Assembly (NCBI RefSeq): GCF_006345805.1
Contig: NC_043000.1
Span: 16,244,001-16,308,000, forward strand
Direction of reading: 5' to 3'
DNA from: Octopus sinensis
Taxonomy: Eukaryota
Length of the DNA stretch: 64,000 nucleotides
Shown here piece after piece: positions 1-13,861 of this stretch. The first letter of the stretch is position 1, and the number at the start of each line of letters is the position of its first letter. The translations under genes and the position numbers were made by a program. The notes below the pieces were generated by a model. The model worked only from the letters and a program-made list of their open reading frames with translations. It ran no database searches and was not told the origin of the DNA.

Positions 1-576
1 ATATATACATATATATATACATATATATATATATACACATATATATATATACATATATACATATATACATATATACATATATATATACATATATACATAT
101 ATACATATATATATATATACAATATATAATATATACATATATACATATATACATATATACATATATATATATACATATATATACATATACATATATACAT
201 ATATACATATATACATATATATATATAATATATATACATATACATATATACATATACATATATATACATATATACATAACATATATATACATATATACAT
301 ATATATACATATATACATATACATATAATACATATATACCATATATATTACATACATATTACATATATATACATATAATATATACATATACATATACATA
401 TACATATATATATATACATATATATATATACATATATATATATACACATAATATATATACACATATATATATACACATATATATTACATATATATATACA
501 CATATATATATATACATATATATATAACATAATATATCATATTATATATATATACATATAATATATATATACATAT

Positions 577-791
577 CAGATCGCCATGTTGATTCGTTAG
601 CTACTGCACGCATTTTTTTTCTCTCCTTCTTTCTGTGTTTTTCTCTCTCTGTGTATCTTTCTGTTGAAGAGCGTAGGCTCGAAACGTTAAAGACTTGTTT
701 TATTTATATTTCCTGAGCGCCATACTAATACAATTGTTCGTTTGTTTTCCACCTGCCTTCGTCTTTTGTTTATTTTCATAAAGCTTCCCGT
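577..791 (+). mobile_element. Penelope-like element (PLE) terminal-repeat fragment inserted in the TA array
   Basis: Pyrimidine-rich 215-bp island carrying ctgttgaagagcgtaggctcgaaacgtt, the CUGANGA-stem-GAAAC-type motif typical of PLE pLTRs; flanked by (TA)n on both sides. Confidence 0.6.
656..693 (+). ncRNA. Minimal type I hammerhead-ribozyme-like motif (variant core)
   Basis: Helix I tcttt(656-660)/aaaga(689-693); core ctgttga; extra a; helix II GAGC-gtag-GCTC; GAA; palindromic ACGT helix III; GUU cleavage triplet. A6 is replaced by U, so activity is uncertain. Confidence 0.45.
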
Positions 792-1015
792 TATATATAC
801 ATATATATATATACATATATATATATACACATATATATATACATATATATAATATAACATATATATATATATATATATATACAGATATATATATACACAT
901 ATATATATATATATACATATATATAGTACATATATATAATATATAACATATATATATATACACATATATATATATACATATATATATATACACATATAAT
1001 ATATATATATACTAC

Positions 1016-1046
<31 letters not shown>

Positions 1047-1299
1047 CATAATATATATATACATATATATAATATACATATATATATATTACATAATATA
1101 TATATACATATATATATATACATATATATATATACACACATATATATATATATATACACATATATATATATATACACATATATATATACACATATAATAT
1201 ATACACATATATATACATATATATATAATATATATATATAATACACATATATACATATACATATCTTATAACATACACATATATACATACATATATATA

Positions 1300-1331
<32 letters not shown>

Positions 1332-1524
1332 CATATATATAATATATATATATAATACATACATATATACATATATAATATATATATATATATATAACAT
1401 ACATATATACATATATAATATATATATATACATATTACATATATATATACATATATACATATATACATACATATATATACATATATATATATACATATAT
1501 ATATATATACATATATATATATAC

Positions 1525-1639
<115 letters not shown>

Positions 1640-2508
1640 CATATTATATATATACATATATATATATACATATATATAACATATATATTATACATATATA
1701 TATATACATTATATATATATTACTATATATATATACATATATATATATACATATATATATATACATATATATATATACATATATATATATACATATAATA
1801 TATATACATATATATTATATAACATATATATTATAATATACATATACATATATATATACATATACATATATATATACATATACATACATACATATATACA
1901 TATATATACAACATATATATACATATATATATATACATATATATATATACATATATATACTATATATAATAAATATATATATATACATATATATATATAC
2001 ATATATATATATAAATAATATATATACATATATATATATACATATATATACATATATATATATACATATATATATATACATTATATATATAACATATATA
2101 TATATACATATATATACATACATATATATATATAATATATATATATACTATATATACATATATATATATATACATATATATATATAATATATATACATAT
2201 ATATATATAATATATATATATACATATATATATATACATATATATACATATATATATATACATATATTATATACATATATATACATATATATATATACAT
2301 ATATATATACATATATACATATATATACATATAATATATATACATATACATATATATACATATATATATATACATATATATATACATATTACATACATAT
2401 ATATAATACATATACATACATATATATATATATACATATATACATAATATATATATTATACATAATATATTATATAATATATATATACATATATATATAA
2501 TATATTAC

Positions 2509-2541
<33 letters not shown>

Positions 2542-3383
2542 CATATATATACATATATATATATAATTATATTATATATATATACATATATATACATACA
2601 TATAACATATATATATATATATACATATATATACCATATATATATATACATATATACATATATATATATATACATATATACATATATATATATATACATA
2701 TACATATACATATATACATATATAACAATATATTACATATACATATATATATATACATATATATATACATATATATATACATATATCTATACATATACAT
2801 ATATTACATATACATATATATATATACATATATATATATACATATATATATATACATATATATATATACATATCATATATATACATATACAATACATATA
2901 TATACATATATAATATACATATACATATATATATATACATATACATATATATACATATACATATATATATATACATATACATATAATACATATATATATA
3001 TACACATATACATATATATACATATACATATATACACATATACATATATACATATACATATATACACACTACATATATATACATACAACTAACACATATA
3101 CATATATATACATACACATATATACACATATATATATATATATATACACATATATATATATATATACACATATATACACATATAATATATAATATACACA
3201 TATATACACATATATACACTATATATACACATATATATACACATATATAACATATATACACATATATATATACACATATATACAACATATATATATATAT
3301 ATACACATATATATATATATATATTACACATATATACACATATATACATATATATATATACACATATATACACATATATACAC

Positions 3384-3422
<39 letters not shown>

Positions 3423-3769
3423 CTATATATACATATATATATATATATACATATATATAATATATATTACATATATACATATATATATATATAACATATA
3501 TATATATAGACATATATATATATATACATATAATATATACATATATATATATATACATATATAATATATAATATATATATATAACATATATATATATAAC
3601 ATATATATATAATATATATATATACATATATATACATATATATATATATACATACATATATATATTAATACATACATATATATATATAACATACATATAT
3701 ATATATACATATATATATATATACATACATATATATATATACATATATATATACATATATATAATATAA

Positions 3770-3821
<52 letters not shown>

Positions 3822-3861
3822 CACATATATATATATATACACATTATATATATATACACAC

Positions 3862-3910
<49 letters not shown>

Positions 3911-3969
3911 CATAATATAATATACATATATAATATACATACATATATATATACATATATATATATTAC

Positions 3970-4000
<31 letters not shown>

Positions 4001-4041
4001 CATATATATTATATATATACAATATATATATATATACATAT

Positions 4042-4077
<36 letters not shown>

Positions 4078-4084
4078 CATATAT

Positions 4085-4117
<33 letters not shown>

Positions 4118-4725
4118 ACATAATACATTATATATATATAATTATATATATACATATATACATATATATATATATTACATTATATATTATTACTATATCT
4201 ATATACTACAATATAATATACATACATATATATATATACATACATATATATATATACATATATATATATATACATACATATATAATCCAACATATATATA
4301 TAATACATATATATATATATACATATATATATATATCCATATATATATAATATACATACTATTATCATATATATTATATATACATATATATACAATATTA
4401 CATATATATACATATACATATATATATATACATATATATACATTATACATATATACATATATAATATATATACATAATATATATATACATATATATATAC
4501 ATCTATATATATATACCATATATATATATATATAATATATACATATATATATATACATATATATATACATACATATAATATATACATATATATATATATA
4601 TACATAACATATATATATAATACATACATATATATATATACATATATACATACATATATATATATACATATATCATATATAATATAATATATATATATAT
4701 ATATACATATATATTATATATATAC

Positions 4726-4758
<33 letters not shown>

Positions 4759-5945
4759 CAATATATATACATACATATATACATACATAGATACATACAT
4801 ATATACATACATATATACATACATATATACATACATATATACATACATATATACATACATATACTATACATACATATATACATACATATATAATACATAT
4901 AATATATACATAATATATATATAACATATATATATACATATATATATATATACATATATATACATATATATATATACATATATATAATACATAAATCCTG
5001 AAAAAGGCATCAATAACAAAATTTTTAATAAATCTGAGAATTCAGGTTGTCGGCCAGCTAGGCATAATTAAGCAGTTACAAAATCTTTGATAACATCTGT
5101 ACTAACACATACACACCTCTACACAAATGTCTTACGATGGAATGTCTGGTTACAACACAGTAGTTTACAATCATAGTTGAGTTATCAGATGTATTCATTG
5201 TATAATACAGTCAAACAAAATGCTATGCAACGTATAACCTGAATTTTTTTTCATGTTCTGAGTTTGAATTCCACCGATATCAACTTTGCCTTTCAACAAG
5301 TCCAGAATTGATAAAACAAAGTACCCATCAAGCAAAGTGTTGATTAAATTGACTGTTCCACACCCACCTAAATTTCTAGCCTTGAGCTTATGCAAAAAAC
5401 CCTCCTCCTTCTTATTTCTATAAGATACCACGTTAACTTGGCATTGTTCCAAATGTGTAAAACACAGGCAAATTAGCACCATGAGATCAATGAGCTAATA
5501 CTTTTATGAAGCAGACACAATTAGAAGAGTTTGATGTTCTGTTGTCTAGAGTCAAGTACTGTTGTCTTTCAGTGTAAAAAATATTTAAGCATAAACAATG
5601 TTATTGTAAGCTGATCTGTAGTAACAGTATACAATATCTTTAACCCTGGCTCCTTGATTTATGGTATTTCTGACCCCCCTACTTGTATTAGACTATCATA
5701 TATCTCTTAAATTGAACAGAAGCACACAACACACCACTGGCCTAACCTGTTAAAAATTGGGTTTAAAACTCTTGTGGCTTCTTTATAATTATTTAAGTTG
5801 TAAACAAGTAAATGTAGACACAACCTACAAATTTAAACGAAGCTCTTTTCATTAAATAGCTATCAAGGAAGAAGTAAATGATATTAAAAAAAACAAACAA
5901 AATGAAAATCGAAATCATCTTCATTTATTAGTTAAATAAATCTCA

Positions 5946-6106
5946 GTGTAAGAGTGGCTGTGTGGTAAGTAGCTTGCTTACCAACCACATGGTTCTGAGT
6001 TCAGCCCCACTGCGTGGCACCTTGGGCAAGTATCTTCTACTATAGCCTCGGGCCGACCAAAGCTTTGTGAGTGGATTTGGTAGACGGAAACTAAAAGAAG
6101 CCCGTC

Positions 6107-6164
<58 letters not shown>

Positions 6165-6553
6165 AACCACCCACTACACTCACGGAGTAGTTGGCGTTAG
6201 GAAGGGCATCCAGCTGTAGAAACATTGCCAGATAAGACTGGAGCCTGGTGCAGCCTTCTGGCTTCCCAGATCCCCGGTCGAATCGTCCAACCCATGCTAG
6301 CATGGAGAACGGACGTTAAACGATGATGATGATGATATATATATGTGTGTGTGTGTGTGTAAGTTTGTCCCCCCAACATTGCTTGACAACTGATGCTGGT
6401 GTGTTTACGTCCCCGTAACTTAGCGGTTCGGCAGAAGAGACTGATAGAATAAGTACTAGGCTTACAAAGAATTAAGTCCTAGGGTTGATTTGCTCGACTA
6501 AAGGCGGTGCTCAAGCATGGCCACAGTCAAATGACTGAAACAAGTAAAAGAGT
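5946..6553 (+). mobile_element. tRNA-derived SINE family 1 (bipartite), interrupted at its central microsatellite by an RTE-like 3'-end element (about 6165-6335)
   Basis: Head gtggctgtgtggtaag (A box) ... gagttcagccc (B box); tail ...gtcaaatgactgaaacaagtaaaagag; insert ends in taaacgatgatgatgatg. Confidence 0.85.
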
Positions 6554-6727
6554 ACAACTCAGTTAGGTACATGTTTTTTGAGATTAAAGCTTTGATTGAA
6601 TAAAAAAAAAACTGAAGTGAATGTAAAATATTTCATTAAATTGAAGAAACATTGTAAAAGACTGAACAGTTTATCTCTTATAAAATTTATTAAAAGAAAC
6701 ATTGTATCTATACTATGTAGGAATTAA

Positions 6728-6948
6728 CCCTTTAGTGTTCGCATTATTCTGCCAAAATTAATGCTTCTTTATCCAAATTGTTTTGAATTAATTATACATT
6801 ATCCTGTAGCTATGAGATTTTGATGAGGTAGCTGTTAATCTTTAAAACAATATTATAGGGTTGGTGTGAGAGACCAGATCTGGCCAGTTTGAACATAAAA
6901 CAGGTAGAATATTTTTGGCCGGATATGGCCGGTTTAAATGCTAAAGGG
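6728..6948. mobile_element. piggyBac-like MITE (subfamily A)
   Basis: TTAA|ccctttagtgtt ... gctaaaggg|TTAA; about 220 bp; multiple copies in the window. Confidence 0.8.
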
Positions 6949-7486
6949 TTAAACCAAAAACCCAAATCCAAAATTTATTATAATCCTGTTCTTAGAAATT
7001 GAATCGCTTCTATCAAATCCCTCCCAACAGAAGCTTTCTCTCATATATAAAATAAAACCCCTCAAAGAACTTGGGTATCATATGCAAAGTTGGGCATATA
7101 TTATATGCTTTTTGCATTTAGAGTTGGCACATTTTTTTACAGATTACAACTAAAACAGTCCTGGTTGGAAGTACCAGACAGCAATGGGATCTCCATCAAT
7201 AAATCAAGCCGAAAGCTGAACACATGGCTGAAGCTGTATCGCTTCACTTGTGATGATAATCTTGTACAATCGCATTTTGACTCGTAAATCTGGAGCTCTG
7301 TATTAGAGGGGAGAGGAGAATCTACATTAGCAGAGATAAAGCTTGCAGCCAATCTTTTTTTTTTTTTTTGTCTTTGAAGTAGAGTATTTCAATCACCAGT
7401 TATGAGATCACATTGAATAAAACAGGAATTATTAAATAAATGGAGCCTAAGTAAAGTAAAAAATCTAAACATATAAACACAATATT

Positions 7487-7895
7487 CGGATCTTTTCGGT
7501 TTGAACGGCAGTGTTTTTAAAATAATTTCCACGTAACTAAACACTTTTAAACTTCGTATACTGATAGAATGTGTTTATAAAACATCTTTTTCTCTTGGCT
7601 TTATTGAGAAAAATCTGTAGTTGGTAAGATATTTGTTGTTTTTTTCTTCAATTTCTGCAATTTCAACCAATCAATGACGTCTATTGAAGGTGAAACCATT
7701 CTGTGCCGTATGAATATGTCCCTCGTTTAAGAAACAAATTGGGTTTATTTACATTTCTGAAGAAAAAAAAGATACCCTTCACCCCACCCCTAAAACAGAT
7801 TGAAATGCAATAGATTGATACTAGGGTCATAATTATGGGTGACAATTTCACATGACACCGCTAGAAAAAACTGCCGTTCAAACCAAAAATATCCC
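7487..7895. mobile_element. ~410-bp MITE with (G)GGATC...GATCCC-type TIRs, copy 1
   Basis: TIR ggatcttttcggtttgaacggcag ... ctgccgttcaaaccaaaaatatccc; near-identical copy at 26073-26468. Confidence 0.8.
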
Positions 7896-9329
7896 AATGT
7901 TCTAATGCTTGTTTTTCTATACGGCATGAGTTGGAAGGGTCTGTTTCCTAGCATGTTGTTATTTGCCTTGGTTTACTCAATTCTTCAGTAAAATTCAGCA
8001 CCATGAGATCTGACCCCCACCACATCTTATGTATTTCTCAGTGGGAGAGGTATGCACATGCACACACACACCACATTTCACCCAGTACTCATCCACTTGC
8101 ATTACAAGTCCATACCAGCCGTCAGCCTTCCCACACACATTAGCTGATGCTTTTAATTCAACATCATTCATCCAACAGATTATGCATGCTTCATTTCTTT
8201 CCAGATCTTCCAAATTCCATGCTCATTTCCATACAAATATGACAGTTGTATTAGACATGTCAGTCTGCCCTTCATGCAAAGACAGAAACCCTTTGTTGCT
8301 AACAAACTTCAATGAAATTGCTACATTTTTATACCTCTGTGATTTCTCAACAGAAATGTATATGGAAATTTGAACTTTCAAAAGGTTGACTATAGAATGT
8401 CACTCGAGTTACATAATTTAATGAAACCTTATCAAGAGGATTACGCTGATATTCATTATTCACTTTTAAACGGGAAATGGCTGCATGGATGACTAAAAAT
8501 GACAGCCGTACGGCTACAAGATTATTATGCAATTTTCTCTCAGTCAAAATAGGGGAACTTCATGATGGGGAAGAAAAGCAAACATTTATAATTAACAGTA
8601 AACAGAGTACTGGCAATAGTTTAAATGTTTTCCCAAAGAAAGCTAACAGCCTGGTTATTAAAGGCAAGACAAGACAAATTCAAACAAAATCCCATCATTC
8701 ACATTGTACAAAAAAAAAAAAAAAAATCTGATAAGCAAATCAGTTCAACTTGATTTTTTTTTTTTTGACAGCAATAATCCCAAACTACATCCATGTAGAA
8801 ACGTATTTTATGTGAGTCATCATGATCTCATGTCCATTATCCCAAGCATAATATATTTGTATTTTTATATTAGAATAATACAGAGGAAATCTCTAGATTC
8901 ATTTTCAAAATTAACATGAAACAATGTTAACTTGATAATGTAATTAGAATAGAAATACATGTGAAGAGGAGAAGATGGAAAGGCTGTAAGTTTAGTTGAA
9001 ATAAATACTTTACTTTAGTTCCAGTTCTTCATATTTTGGCATACAAATCTGATTGGAGTTGATTTGCATTTATTCTGGCTAAGATCAAATGCTATTCATA
9101 TACTGAGTTCAATAATTCTGGAATGTTATCAGGATAATTACACAAGTATAAAATTGTAGAAATTATCTTACAAGTTTAGATCACACTCAAGAAACCTAAA
9201 ATTAAGTAGTAAATTATTTTAAAAAGAGACAGCAATTAAATCAGTTTGATTATTAATAACTAAATTAAATAACTGTAAGTATAAGCAGTATATCTACAGG
9301 TTGAAAAAAAAAAAAAAAATTACACAACT

Positions 9330-9925
9330 GCTTACTTGCTATGGTATTTCTCTCAGAGCCAAAAATAAATAATTCAACCAAGCAACTGTCTACAATATGC
9401 AAAAATAAGAGAAAAAGAAAAATTGTTTCATAATGTGGATGGTGCAATTCTTTCAATAATTAGCATTCTAGATCAGATTCAGAAGAAAACCATGGCTGAT
9501 TTTTTCATCCCTTGATGTACTCTATACTATTTCTACTATAATAGAAATCTTCAATTCCATTTCTCCCTATGCTTTCTTATTCTCACAACCAAACTTTTTA
9601 GCATGTAGCTCTTCATCCAAATATTTTCCCCATCCACGTGTTCCTCAAAGACATAAACCTCAGCCTATTCAAACTCCAGATTAACCAGAACAATTTTACT
9701 TAGATGGTGAGAAATGCAAGTGGAGATTTCTGGTATAGTAGCAATAGTACAACAAGGAATCAAAAATCAGCCATGGTTTTCTTCTGAATCTGGTCTAGAA
9801 TGCCAATTATTGAAAGAATTGCCCCATCCAGATTATGAAACAATTTTTTCCCCTCATATTTTTGCATACTGTAGACAGTTGATCCCTTTCCTCAAGATTC
9901 TTTTTCACCTCTTAGCAAGAAGCTA
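9330..9925. repeat. Fold-back (long inverted repeat), arms about 240 bp, spacer about 130 bp
   Basis: tctagatcagattcagaagaaaaccatggctgattttt (about 9467-9505) versus aaaaatcagccatggttttcttctgaatctggtctaga (about 9762-9799); similarity extends outward and inward with mismatches and indels. Confidence 0.85.
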
Positions 9926-10041
9926 ATCAAATTCAGCCCCTCACCTTATCCTTAAATGTCATTCTAAAAATAAACAATCACATCAACGAAATCTCAAAGC
10001 TATGAAATAATGCATGAATAATTTAAAACATGAATAAACAT

Positions 10042-10410
10042 AGGCGCAGGAGTGGCTGCGTAGTAAGTAGCTTGCTTACCAACCGCATGGTTCCGGGTTC
10101 AGCCCCACTGCGTGGCACCTTGGGCAAGTGTCTTCTACTATAGCCTCGGGCTGACCAAAGCCTTGAGTGGATTTGGTAGACGGAAACTGAAAGAAGCTCG
10201 TCGTGTATGTGTGTATATATATTTGTCCCCCAACATTGCTTGACAACTGATGGTAGTGTGTTTACGTCCCCGTAACTTAGCGGTTTGGCATAAGAGACCG
10301 ATAGAATATGTACCAGGCTTACAAAGAATAAGTCCTGGGGTCGATTTGCTCGACTAAAGGCTGTGCTCCAGCATGGCCACAGTCAAATGACTGAAACAAG
10401 TAAAAGAGTA
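10042..10410 (+). mobile_element. SINE family 1, full length, inserted into a piggyBac-like MITE fragment
   Basis: ggcgcaggagtggctgcgtagtaag ... gaaacaagtaaaagag; MITE sequence continues on both sides and ends gaagggttaa near 10456. Confidence 0.85.
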
Positions 10411-10763
10411 AATAAATATTACAATTCAATAGAGTAACCTGGATGCTGAAGGGTTAAATATAAGTTACTTACTCTAAAGAAGCGAGTGAACGGAACTGCT
10501 TTTATTTTCTTTACCTGCAGTTAAAAGTTCACATTGGTCAGCTCCATACAGTTTGCTGGTATAGTGAAAGTTAGGTAGAGATGTGTGCTAGCACTAATAT
10601 TATTCTCACTTTATATGTCATCAGTCAGTAAGTCAACCAAAGGTGTATACATACAGAAAAGACTTAAATGTTAACCTATATAAGGCATCACCAAGAAGGC
10701 CACATGTCAGCAAGAGAGTGATTATTTGCGGATTTGTTTTGGACCCTTGTGTTCTATAGTATA

Positions 10764-11000
10764 TATTTCTTTACTACCCACAAGGGGCTAAACACAGAGG
10801 GGACAAACAAGGACAGACAAACGGATTAAGTCGATTATACATCGACCCCAGTGCGTAACTGGTACTTAATTTATCGACCCCGAAAGGATGAAAGGCAGAG
10901 TCGACCTCAGCGGAATTTGAACTCAGAATGTAACGGCAGACGAAATACAGCTACACATTTCGCCCGGCGTGCTAACGTTTCTGCCAGCTCGCCGCCTTAT
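10764..11000 (-). mobile_element. tRNA-derived SINE family 2 with 16-bp TSD
   Basis: Minus-strand head ggcggcgagctggcagaaacgttagc, B-box-like gagttcaaattcc; TSD tgtgttctatagtata at 10748-10763 and 11003-11018. Confidence 0.9.
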
Positions 11001-11693
11001 TCTGTGTTCTATAGTATAGAGGTGATGCAGTGATTGAGAGATACTTTTGACAGAACAGCCACAAAGTACAGCCTGAAGATGAATCTCCAGGAGATTGAAG
11101 GAAGTTCTTCAACTAAGTAGTACAGTCTGAGCCCATTTCTACCAAAGTTCAGAAGCTGGCAGAGAAAACCCACATTAGCTACCTGAGCAGCACACTCAGT
11201 AACAAAAGATTACTAGATTACAGGGTAAGCAAGGCCAGCTCAGCATCTGAAAGACTGAAAAAGTGACTGTCAAACAAGAAACAGGTGTCAGTTCCAGTGA
11301 AGCATAAAGTATATTGAGCAATAGTGCTTGCTATTATTACACGGATTGTAGGCACAAAGGAAATTCTACAATGGCTATTTCTTTACTACTCACAAGGGGC
11401 TAAACACAGAGGGGACAAACAAGGACAGACACACAGATTAAGTCAATTACATCTACCCCAGTGCGTAACTTGTACTTATTTAATCGACCCCGTAAGAATG
11501 AAAGGCCAAGTCGACCTCGGCAGAATATGAACTAAGAACGTAACGGCAGATGATCTGAGTTCAAATTCTATAATGGCTTTAGCTTGTCCAAAGACTGGAA
11601 GAAACTTGGTTGCAAGTCAATTAACTATTAACATCCTGTATGGTATGAATCTGCCTGGTACCGAATCTGTCTGTCAGTCTTATACCTCTCAAA

Positions 11694-11745
11694 ACTACAT
11701 GTATCAAATTACCCCCATTTACACGGGTAATTTGATACACGTAGT
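11694..11745 (-). other. 21-bp near-perfect hairpin with 10-nt loop
   Basis: actacatgtatcaaattaccc-ccatttacac-gggtaatttgatacacgtagt; single A.C mismatch on + becomes G.U on the minus strand. Confidence 0.8.
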
Positions 11746-12356
11746 CTGAAAATCTAAAAGAAGTATGAACCTGTTGCAAGTGTTGTTGGTCCAAAAATAC
11801 CTTTAGGACTTGATGTAAAACATGCTGAGCACTGTTTCAACTCTCCCCATTAAGTTTCAATTGATACAACTGCTCATCAAATTAATTTGTATATGGAACA
11901 AAAACAGCAGCAATTTTTGCTTATGCAGGAGTTGATGAAATTTGTGTAGATACCTGAGGATGTTTCTTTTTTTCTCTCAAGAGATTAACTAAGCTTACCT
12001 GTAAATTCCATTATGAATAAGTTACAAAAAGGTCAAGGAAAAACATTTTGTGACATTTGTATGCCCAGATCTATTATTAATTGCATTTAATTATCAACAT
12101 CTTTCTTTTCACCATTTTTGACTGTGTTTATTTTTAGTAATATAATTGATTAATGATAGTACATGCACATTATTTTAAGTATAAATGACCACATTAAAAA
12201 TAATCTTTCCTACAATACTATGAATTTTTACAATAATCTGACAAGTAAAGATTTTTAGGCATTTTCTTCTCAATCATAACAGAACTGAGCTTTTGATCAA
12301 GAAAACTTTCAACACTATGTTAAAGATTAATAACCTTAGTCACACTTGACTAGTGG

Positions 12357-12597
12357 TGGAGGCACGTAGCTTAGTGGTTAGGGTGTCAGCATCATGATCG
12401 CAAGATTGTGGTTTCGATTCCTGGACTGGGTGACACGTTGTGATCTTGAGCAAAACACTTCATTTCATGTTGCCCCAGTTCACTCAGCTGGCAAAAACGA
12501 GTAACGCTATGATGGACTGGCATCCCGTCCAGCTGGGGAACACATACGCCATTGAAACCAGGAAACCGGGCCCATGAGCCTGGCTAGGCTTTAAAAG
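12357..12597 (+). mobile_element. SINE family 3-related variant with TSD
   Basis: ggaggcacgtagcttagtggttagg ... ggtttcgattcc head; TSD acacttgactagtg on both flanks. Confidence 0.75.
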
Positions 12598-13160
12598 GAC
12601 AAAAAAGACACTTGACTAGTGCTATGATAAATCAGAATAGAACCTGACTGAAATACATGTGGCTAAGTATTAACTTGAAGAGATTAGACATAAATAATCA
12701 TAGTTTGGGACTCAAACCAGTAGAGGAGATCAACTCAGTTCTGGATGCAATAACCCCTCTGACTATTTAAATAACACGAATTCCTGTCCCCTTGCTACAA
12801 GTCCAAAAGTTCTTAAGTTGTTCAAGTAATTAGAATGCTTCTTGATCTTAACAGATGTAATCCACAGGAGAGAAATGCAACAATTGTTGCAGAGCAAATA
12901 GAGACTTACTCCAGAAATATGACAACACATTAGTAGACAATCGCTTTACCAACTTAAAGTGTGATAATTCTTTTATTCTTTTACATTTTTTCAGTCACCT
13001 GACTGCAGCCATGCTGGAGAACCACTTTAAAGGGTATCAGTTAAAGAAATCGACCCCAGAGTTTATTCTTTGTAGTAAAACTAGTACTTATTCTAGTGGT
13101 CTTTATTGTCAAACCGCTAAGTTACAGGGATGTAAACACACACACAGTCGTAGATATATA

Positions 13161-13537
13161 TCTCTCTCTATATAAATGGCAGTTTGTCTGTGCGTGTTTC
13201 TGTGTGTCTGTTTGCTTGTACCCTCATGACATGGCTTTCAACCGATTCTGATGAAACTTGACACAACATAGCCCAATGTCATAATTCAAAACTAACGTAG
13301 CGAAAATTTTGAAAAGTTCCCCCAGTTCTGAAAAAATCGATAAATTCGACATGGGGTCGAGAATCAGAAACACAAACCGCAAACTGTCTAGGGGACGCAA
13401 CTCCACCTTTTTTCACTCTCAAAAAAAATTTACCATCATTTTTTTCCATTTTTTGCTATTTTTTGGCTATAACTCTCTAAAAATGATTTATAGTTATTTC
13501 CCTTACAAACCTGAGCAATGCCGGGCGATACTGCTAG
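13161..13537 (+). mobile_element. Non-autonomous Helitron
   Basis: A|TC 5' end; 3' end aaacctgagcaatgccgggcgatactgCTAG|T with subterminal GC-rich hairpin; no TSD. Confidence 0.75.
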
Positions 13538-13803
13538 TATATATATATATACACACACCACCAAATAAGTTAGGGGTTGTGAATCCAACCATCTAAGGGA
13601 TAATACTTATCCAATATACTGCTGGTATACTACCCAAATTATTAATACACAAGTATTTTTAATTGCAATGCAATAAACTCACTTATTGTATGAAATGGGT
13701 GAAGGTAAAGAAATATTTTACCATTAATTTATATTACAAATAAGAAAATGGAGAAACGCATTAGTTGGTTTATCAGCTTTAGGATATTAGAATGTTGTTG
13801 TTT

Positions 13804-13846
<43 letters not shown>

Positions 13847-13861
13847 CATACTTCTGCTGTT

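Noticed and set aside
5946-6030. tRNA genes at SINE heads (also 10930-11000, 22386-22455 and others)
   Set aside because: A and B boxes are present but there is no complete cloverleaf, and each continues into a repeated SINE body.
6091-6379. Recurrent ORFs such as MLGGQTQT..., MLAWVGRFD..., MSSNARG... (also 16100, 17117, 23257, 28677, 36041, 40146, 58407)
   Set aside because: They lie wholly within SINE or RTE-tail copies and recur with frameshifts; not genes.
7090-7287. + strand ORF or exon after ttttttacag (LQLKQSWLEVPD...)
   Set aside because: No convincing donor, no partner exons and no recognisable homology; the opposite strand has the better acceptor.
7995-8373. Overlapping ORFs of 72 and 114 aa
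   Set aside because: No motif and no credible splice boundaries; length is compatible with chance.
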